Assembly: GCA_965218695.1 (NCBI GenBank) | Contig: OZ244651.1 | Span: forward strand, 2,395,687-2,459,686 | Direction of reading: 5' to 3' | DNA: 64,000 nt | Source of the DNA: Nitrosopumilus sp. | GTDB lineage: Archaea > Thermoproteota > Nitrososphaeria > Nitrososphaerales > Nitrosopumilaceae | In this document: piece by piece, positions 59,001-64,000 of the stretch | How the letters are laid out: each line of letters opens with the position of its first letter | Numbering within the stretch: the stretch's first letter is position 1 | Translations under genes and position numbers: made by a program | Notes under the pieces: model-generated | Seen by the model: only the letters and a program-made list of their open reading frames with translations | The model's database searches: none | What the model was told of the DNA's origin: nothing

Positions 59001-59248
59001 TCCCATCCGCCATCAAACATGACATGCCTGCCCTGCAGCGTGTTGAAGCGGTACCAGAGATCCTTGATTATCCTTCCCCTCAGGTGCCCCGCATGGGGGA
59101 TTCCGTTCATGGTGGGCGGTCCCTCGATGAACCGAACCTTCTCGGACCGGCCGGACGCGGAGATTAGTTTCTGCAGGTCCACTGATTCGATGTGTTTCTT
59201 TACCTGCGACTCGATCTCCTTTGCGTCAAACCTTTCAGAGAACTCCAT
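56045..59248 (-). CDS. ileS: Isoleucine--tRNA ligase
   Basis: EGPP..NG.PHAGH, WTTMP, WCISR, EGIDQTRGW, KMSKS. Confidence 0.97.
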   Translation of the reverse strand: MEFSERFDAKEIESQVKKHIESVDLQKLISASGRSEKVRFIEGPPTMNGIPHAGHLRGRIIKDLWYRFNTLQGRHVMFDGGWDTQGLPVELQAEKELGVTGGKTEAIKKFGIERIVAECKGVVEKYNTAWVDADRSLGISLDHDRAYWTFRDGFIEREWQVLKRALEGGILDEDYTVIAYCPSCQTSLSHAEVNQGYEEVRDPSLYYKVRLADEEGVFLIVWTTMPFTLVTDAMVGLHPDEEYVRVKVGRETWIVGKTRLEGFMAEAGVKQYAPGRTVLGSALEGRRYVHPLLDVIPGLAACAEEAENFHVTVSEPFVDASAGSGLVHLSPANGEEDIKIANRRRVKVFSPINDEVRFTSDAGKYSGMFVRDADNVIVQDLKERGALVKIGRIKHKYPLCWRSHHPIVWLARRGWFYKLDRLEDMAVDAARAVEYFFEQPRNRFLGIIKERHPWCISRERVWGCPLPVWDCMDCNKKNWFFTRQEIVDAASDLPDGPDFELHRPWIDRITTRCSGCGGTNTKREEFVLDTWHNSGAAPYSSLTDSEYSEEIPGPFFTEGIDQTRGWAYTLLIENVILRGAPVAPYKSFLFQGHVLDKNGGKMSKSKGNVLDGAELLARYPADLIRLYFMWKASPIEPLSFDTDEMVSRPYQIISTLFNLHLYFRQNSRYDGFGESNNLSWAQKNGLLMPPDIWLLSKLQKLIRTVTARNESCRFHESARAIDDYLINTLSQTYIPMTRGELWDEDDAKKDRRMAVYAVLGRVLETLDVLIHPFCPFTSEYLYRTVFEAGPSLLLESWPSYDPSLVDDSLEESFEAVRSVVSVAAAARMKGRLKRRWPLDEAKICVRPGQKKRLEPLLDLLQSQLNVEKISIVEVQSESGPERVLEMRRLGMPVRATVSLERKRIGPKARQHMPKLLARFERTDPWDIVESLQDHSVYDFEIDGSTISLDAADFIVDPDADGGYAMSGRDGYAVFVSATRNRDMMARGLVKDVARRLQTLRKERGHNPTDLLDVACILGLDSESSEMLKERSQELAFLVRVRRVCFDDSCHEYKEADIDGQTIRISVE

Positions 59249-59370
59249 CAGGGTTCAGATGAGGGTGTGGCATTATAAACATAAAACTGCATGGAGCCTC
59301 ACGGGCCCGAACCGCGCCGCCGTGCACGGCATGCATATCCCGGAAGTGACGCCGGCAGGAATGACTCGTT

Positions 59371-59934
59371 TCACTTTCGGGTCTGCAGTGTCCTCTCTTC
59401 TGTCACAATCCAGTCAATCAGGACGTCGTGGTCTGACTGTGGAATCCTTTTGATGATCTGCTTTTCAAGTGTCAGCGAGACTGTCACGGCATCGCAGCCT
59501 GCAAGGAACCTGTCATAGTATCCGTAGCCGTACCCCAGGCGGACCCCGTCAGGCGATATCCCGACTGTCGGGACCAGTATCACGTCAAGGGAGTCGCTGA
59601 CGGGGCATCCGTCCTTGGGCTCCATGATGCCAAGGCTGCCCTTCTCAAGATCCGAAAAGTCGCGAATCCGTCCAAACTCCATGTCCCTGCCGCCGGAGAT
59701 TCGGGGCAGGAACACCTCCTTTCCGCTGCTCAGCAGGTTCTGGATGATGTCCTGCGTCAGGATCTCGCTCCCGATGGGGTGGTATGCCCCGATTCTGACC
59801 GCGTCCCGGTACGCTGCGATGCTGCCGAGCCTGTTCTGTATCGCTTTGCTTGATATCCTCAGAAGATCAAACGAGGTGCCGTCCCTCCGCTCCAGCAAGA
59901 GGTTCCGAAGCGAGCTCCGATCAGAGTCGCTCAA
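59371..59934 (-). CDS. ygfA: 5-formyltetrahydrofolate cyclo-ligase
   Basis: GIMEP, DVILVP...G.RLGYGYGYYDRFL, HDV.ID.IVTE. Confidence 0.93.
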   Translation of the reverse strand: MSDSDRSSLRNLLLERRDGTSFDLLRISSKAIQNRLGSIAAYRDAVRIGAYHPIGSEILTQDIIQNLLSSGKEVFLPRISGGRDMEFGRIRDFSDLEKGSLGIMEPKDGCPVSDSLDVILVPTVGISPDGVRLGYGYGYYDRFLAGCDAVTVSLTLEKQIIKRIPQSDHDVLIDWIVTEERTLQTRK

Positions 59935-60794
59935 TCCCGTGGTCTCCGGGATGCTGCTGCTGCAGTAACTGTGTTTTTCAACAGCATCGCAACTGTCATC
60001 GGGCCCACGCCTCCGGGCACGGGCGTGGCAAAGGACGCCTTTTTGATGATGCCGTCATAGTCTGCATCCCCTGCAAGCCTGCCCTCAAACCTGGAGATGG
60101 CCACATCGATGACGACTGCGCCGTCCCGTACCATCTCAGGGGTCAGAACAAACCTGCTCCTGTCACCAACGGCAGTGATTATGACGTCTGCATTCTTGCA
60201 TATGTCCTGTATCCCTCTTGTTCTGGAATGGCATGTCGTAACGGTGGCGTTTTGATTCAGCAGCAGGTGGTACAGCGGCTTTCCGACCAGATTGCTCCTA
60301 TTAATCAGGACTACGCGTCTTCCATCCAAGCCAATCCCGTGATACCTGAACATCTCCATGACTCCGGACGGTGTGCATGCCACAAGATCCGCCTTTCCCA
60401 TGGCAAGCAGTCCTGCGTTGTGCGGGGTCAGCCCGTCGACATCCTTTTCAGGAGAGATTCTTGAGATTGTCATGAATTCGTCCAGGTGATCAGGCAGGGG
60501 AAGCTGGACAAGTATACCATGAACGGAATAGTCAGAATTCAGATCTTCTATTGCCCGGTTCAGTTGGGATTGGGTGGTATCGGCATCGAGCTTGTAATCC
60601 CTTGTAGCAATTCCCACATCCATGCAGGCCTTGTGCTTGTTTCTGACGTACGTGGCAGACGCCGGATCATCACCCACAAGGACAGTGGCCAGGCACGGAT
60701 CTATTCCCTGATGCTTTAATGCCGCAACCTGCACGCCAATCCCGTCCCTGAGTGACTGCGCTATGATCTTTCCATCGATCCGGATGCCGGTCAT
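59931..60794 (-). CDS. folD: Methylenetetrahydrofolate dehydrogenase/cyclohydrolase
   Basis: YVRNK, HGILVQLPLP, KDVDG, CTP.G, TPVPGGVGPMT. Confidence 0.97.
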   Translation of the reverse strand: MTGIRIDGKIIAQSLRDGIGVQVAALKHQGIDPCLATVLVGDDPASATYVRNKHKACMDVGIATRDYKLDADTTQSQLNRAIEDLNSDYSVHGILVQLPLPDHLDEFMTISRISPEKDVDGLTPHNAGLLAMGKADLVACTPSGVMEMFRYHGIGLDGRRVVLINRSNLVGKPLYHLLLNQNATVTTCHSRTRGIQDICKNADVIITAVGDRSRFVLTPEMVRDGAVVIDVAISRFEGRLAGDADYDGIIKKASFATPVPGGVGPMTVAMLLKNTVTAAAASRRPRD

Positions 60795-61015
60795 GGTACC
60801 GTGTCGGCACGTAGATATTTAATTCTTGGAAGCGTGGAACTGCACATCCCGGTTCGATCATGACACATGCATGCAAGGCCACCCCAGCATCCATTTTACC
60901 AGGATCCGGATACTCCTAACAAGGGTTTATTAGACCTATTTTCCGTATGTATGTGTTGAAATGATGACGGAGATGCAATACACCTTTTCGTCATTGTCTA
61001 AGAGTAGAAGATGAA

Positions 61016-62356
61016 ATGACAAAGTTTGAAGAATTGGGATTAGTCAAGGAGATACTGAGGGGAATTGAGGATCTCGGATACGAGGATACGTTTCCCATCC
61101 AGGAGGCAGTGATTCCAGTCCTGCTTACAGGCAGGGATGTAGTCGGGCAGGCACACACGGGATCCGGCAAGACCGCCGCGTTTGCACTATCCATGCTGCA
61201 GGAGATAAAACCAAAGAACGGGATTCAGGGGTTGATAATGGCACCCACAAGGGAGCTTGCAATGCAGATAACAGACGAGATAAAGAAATTCGGCAAATAC
61301 ACGGATATCAGGGTGGTCACAGTCTACGGCGGACAGGGAATGGGGCTCCAGCTGGACGCACTTGAGAGAGGCGTGGAGATCGTCGTGGCGACCCCCGGAA
61401 GGATGATTGACCACCTCAAGAGGGGCTCCATAGACCTCAGGGACGTGACCCACATCGTTCTTGACGAGGCAGACACGATGCTTGACATGGGATTTATCGA
61501 CGACATCCAGTTCATTCTTGATCTGGCCCCGGAGGAGAGGGTGATGTCGCTCTTTTCGGCCACCATGCCGACTGAGATTCTAAGGCTCTCAGAGGAGTAC
61601 CTGACCAACCCCAAGCAGTTTCTTCTGGATGCAGACGATCTGAGCGGGGAGGGAATAGACCAGTCATTCTTGGTCATCAAGGACAGGGACAAGTCCAAGT
61701 ACCTGGTTGACTTTATCAAACAAGGTAAGGGCCAGTGCATCGTGTTTTGTTCAACAAAGTACAGGACCAGGGACGTGGCCAGGTTTCTCCACAGGGAGAG
61801 GTTTGATGCAGTTGCAATCGAAGGCGACATGTCCCAGCACAGAAGGGAGCAGTCAATGTCAAAGTTTCGCAGCAACAAGGCACACATTCTGGTCGCAACA
61901 GACGTCGCATCCAGGGGAATAGACGTTCCAAGGGTGGGGCTGGTAATCAACTATGACATTCCAAACCAGGAACTGGTATACTTTCACCGAATCGGAAGGA
62001 CCGCCAGGGCGGGTGCAAAGGGAAAGGCCATAACGTTTGTCTCATACTCTTCGGTGGGCGACTGGAACATCATCAAGCGCCAGATCAAGGTACCCATCAA
62101 GGACTTGAACGAGGAGATGGGAATCAAGGTATCGATTCCGGATCCCCTGAAGAGGCAGTCATCATCCCCGAGAAGATTCGGAAGCCAGTCAAGATTCGGC
62201 TATTCAAGGGGAGGCCGCTCAGGCGGTGGCGGTGGCGGTGGCGGATACGGCAGATCAGGCAAACGGCACGATTCAAGGGACGACCAACATGGGGGAGGAA
62301 GAAGATCCAGCGACAAGGGATACAGGAACAGCTACGGCGGCCGCAGCAGATGGTGA
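61016..62356 (+). CDS. DEAD-box RNA helicase (CshA/DeaD-like)
   Basis: TGSGKT, PTRELA, TPGR, DEAD, SAT, HRIGRTAR; RGG-rich tail. Confidence 0.96.
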   Translation: MTKFEELGLVKEILRGIEDLGYEDTFPIQEAVIPVLLTGRDVVGQAHTGSGKTAAFALSMLQEIKPKNGIQGLIMAPTRELAMQITDEIKKFGKYTDIRVVTVYGGQGMGLQLDALERGVEIVVATPGRMIDHLKRGSIDLRDVTHIVLDEADTMLDMGFIDDIQFILDLAPEERVMSLFSATMPTEILRLSEEYLTNPKQFLLDADDLSGEGIDQSFLVIKDRDKSKYLVDFIKQGKGQCIVFCSTKYRTRDVARFLHRERFDAVAIEGDMSQHRREQSMSKFRSNKAHILVATDVASRGIDVPRVGLVINYDIPNQELVYFHRIGRTARAGAKGKAITFVSYSSVGDWNIIKRQIKVPIKDLNEEMGIKVSIPDPLKRQSSSPRRFGSQSRFGYSRGGRSGGGGGGGGYGRSGKRHDSRDDQHGGGRRSSDKGYRNSYGGRSRW

Positions 62357-62405
62357 GACATCTACAAGATTTAAAGGCTTGAATCGTACCTACTAATGTT
62401 AAGTA

Positions 62406-62639
62406 ATGTACAAGGGATTCATTCTGTTAAACTGCGATCTTGGCGCAGAAGAGTACATAGTAGACGAGATAAGGCAGATGGATCACGTGAGCAACGCATA
62501 CATTACATTTGGCGCGTACGACACCATTGCAGAGATCCAGACAGATGACCAGGACGAGTTTGAAGAGACGATTGCAGAGATCAGGCGGCTCTCCAGGGTG
62601 CTGAGCACGATGACGCTAAACGTGATTATTCCGGAGTGA
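62406..62639 (+). CDS. Lrp/AsnC ligand-binding (RAM) domain protein
   Basis: FILLNC..G.E, FGAYD.IA, IR....V.ST.TL. Confidence 0.9.
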   Translation: MYKGFILLNCDLGAEEYIVDEIRQMDHVSNAYITFGAYDTIAEIQTDDQDEFEETIAEIRRLSRVLSTMTLNVIIPE

Positions 62640-62720
62640 GTGGGATCATCCCATATCCAATGGCAGGACGTCAACAAATATGATAATTGTTATAAGGACT
62701 GTGCCCGGGGTTATTTGAGA

Positions 62721-63011
62721 TTGCGCAAGATTAACTATGAGCGACCGGTCTGGGTTCTAAACTACAACAATCCCGAACCGCTTTTGGATCACGCAATACA
62801 CATGCTGGAAAGGCACGGGGTGAAACGGGAGGACATGGAGATTACAGATACCCCCACGGTGTCGATCGGCTCCATCGTGGTGGAGATATGGCCGTACGAG
62901 CTGGTGATAGGAAGGGTCAGGTCAACCCGTAACGAGTCGTTTATCAGCGGCACAGAGTTTACAATCGAATTAAAATTAGGCGAGGACGGAAACTATACCG
63001 ACTATCTTTGA
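62721..63011 (+). CDS. Hypothetical protein
   Basis: ORF overlapping the next gene by 4 nt; start uncertain (TTG at 62721, maximal ORF from 62640). Confidence 0.65.
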   Translation: MRKINYERPVWVLNYNNPEPLLDHAIHMLERHGVKREDMEITDTPTVSIGSIVVEIWPYELVIGRVRSTRNESFISGTEFTIELKLGEDGNYTDYL

Positions 63012-63706
63012 AGAAGAAGAAGAAGAAAATCCAAAACATCACGATCGGGGCGGTCGCGGTCCTGATAGTGGCCGCGGTAATAGCGTACAACTACTCGGCA
63101 GATCAGACCAGGCAGAAGGGGCTGCAGTTTGGGATCGAGCTGGAGATGATTCAGGAGGACGTAAGGCAGCTGCAGTCAGCATTCTACTCGGAGAAGGTAA
63201 AGTGGGAGGAGGGAGACATCACAAGGGAGCAGCTGCTGGAGTTTTACGACGTCCACGTGGCAGACTTTCTGGCCTTGATATCAGAGTACGACGGCCTGGA
63301 CCCGCCCGAGCTGTTCAGCAGTTCGGTGGAGCTGCTCAAACTCTCCTCAGAGACGCAGCTGGAAAGCGACAGGCAGTTCATCGAGTGGATCAGAACAGGG
63401 GACGAGTCGGCCAGGATAAGGTCGGATGCGCGGCTGCAGGAATCGCTAGAGTACGAGCTGCACGGGCTAGTCGAGTTCTATTCTGCCAAGACCGGCGTAA
63501 AAAACTATGACGAACCGGAAAAATTCGAGGCGCCGCAGAGAGGGCTGGCGCAGATGGTTACTGACGTGTACGAGAACATGAAGAACCAGTGCGACGAGGC
63601 GTTCACTGACGGGTCGGGAGGATTCGCCTCGGATGAAGACGAGTCAGGCTGGTCCGAATGCATCGCAGATGCCGAGACATGGAAGGCAGAGCACCTGCTG
63701 CCATAG
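63008..63706 (+). CDS. Membrane-anchored helical hypothetical protein
   Basis: Lys-rich N-terminus, one TM helix, acidic helical domain. Confidence 0.8.
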   Translation: MKKKKKKIQNITIGAVAVLIVAAVIAYNYSADQTRQKGLQFGIELEMIQEDVRQLQSAFYSEKVKWEEGDITREQLLEFYDVHVADFLALISEYDGLDPPELFSSSVELLKLSSETQLESDRQFIEWIRTGDESARIRSDARLQESLEYELHGLVEFYSAKTGVKNYDEPEKFEAPQRGLAQMVTDVYENMKNQCDEAFTDGSGGFASDEDESGWSECIADAETWKAEHLLP

Positions 63707-63756
63707 AATGCCGGCCGGCAAAAACTACTTTAGACAAAGTGCAGGGAAGATCAGGT

Positions 63757-64000
63757 ATGAGGATACTTCTTGCAATGGTCATGATCCTTGCCGTGGGAAC
63801 GCCGCTGGCATTTGGCGAGGTGTACGTTCAAAACGATCGGCAGTACATAGGCGATGACGGCTCGCTCCACATAGTCGGGGAGATCAGAAACGACCTGCAG
63901 GTCCCGCTGAACCAGATGACAGTGCACGTAACGCTTCTTGACGAATCAGGCAACCCCATCACGACAGAGGAGACAGGCTCGCTTGTAAACATCATGATGC
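63757..64000 (+). CDS. Secreted FxLYD/DUF3426-like protein (partial)
   Basis: MRILLAMVMILAVGTPLAFG...GSLHIVGEIRN...VTLLDESGN; runs off the window. Confidence 0.75.
   Translation, partial: MRILLAMVMILAVGTPLAFGEVYVQNDRQYIGDDGSLHIVGEIRNDLQVPLNQMTVHVTLLDESGNPITTEETGSLVNIMM

Noticed and set aside
60960-61002. ATGATGA as the C box of a C/D sRNA
   Set aside because: No CTGA D box at a suitable distance; the hairpin-leader interpretation fits better.

Overview
Archaeal DNA, most consistent with a GC-rich Nitrosopumilaceae (Thaumarchaeota) genome. Serpins, LVIVD/BspA-type surface proteins and heavy IS load suggest a host-associated lineage such as a sponge symbiont (inference). There are three zones. 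(1) 1-7.6 kb: a tandem cluster of secreted proteins sharing a 46-aa two-cysteine module, followed by an XPB-Bax1 pair. (2) 7.7-46 kb: a decaying island next to an intron-containing tRNA-Val(CAC) and a broken integrase. About 60% of 7.7-43.4 kb is IS DNA (IS630, IS5, IS66, IS3, ISH3, a MITE), nested up to three deep. Defence-like genes (NYN-LOTUS, AbiJ-HEPN, DUF2075), a MATE gene and a Yip1 gene are broken, while a beta-propeller-serpin fusion stays intact. (3) 46-64 kb: IS-free core genes (rpl40e, sucCD, dps, ileS, folD, DEAD-box helicase) and a 7-blade LVIVD surface protein. The best candidate for an undescribed system is the 'PLxQ...C...SPSGxPACVF...RGF' module. It occurs five times, always directly ahead of a different cargo domain (serpin, propeller, BspA-like, unknown), and in one case is co-duplicated with its promoter and signal peptide, which suggests a modular cargo-swapping secreted-protein system. 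All family assignments come from motif recognition by eye; no database searches were run.
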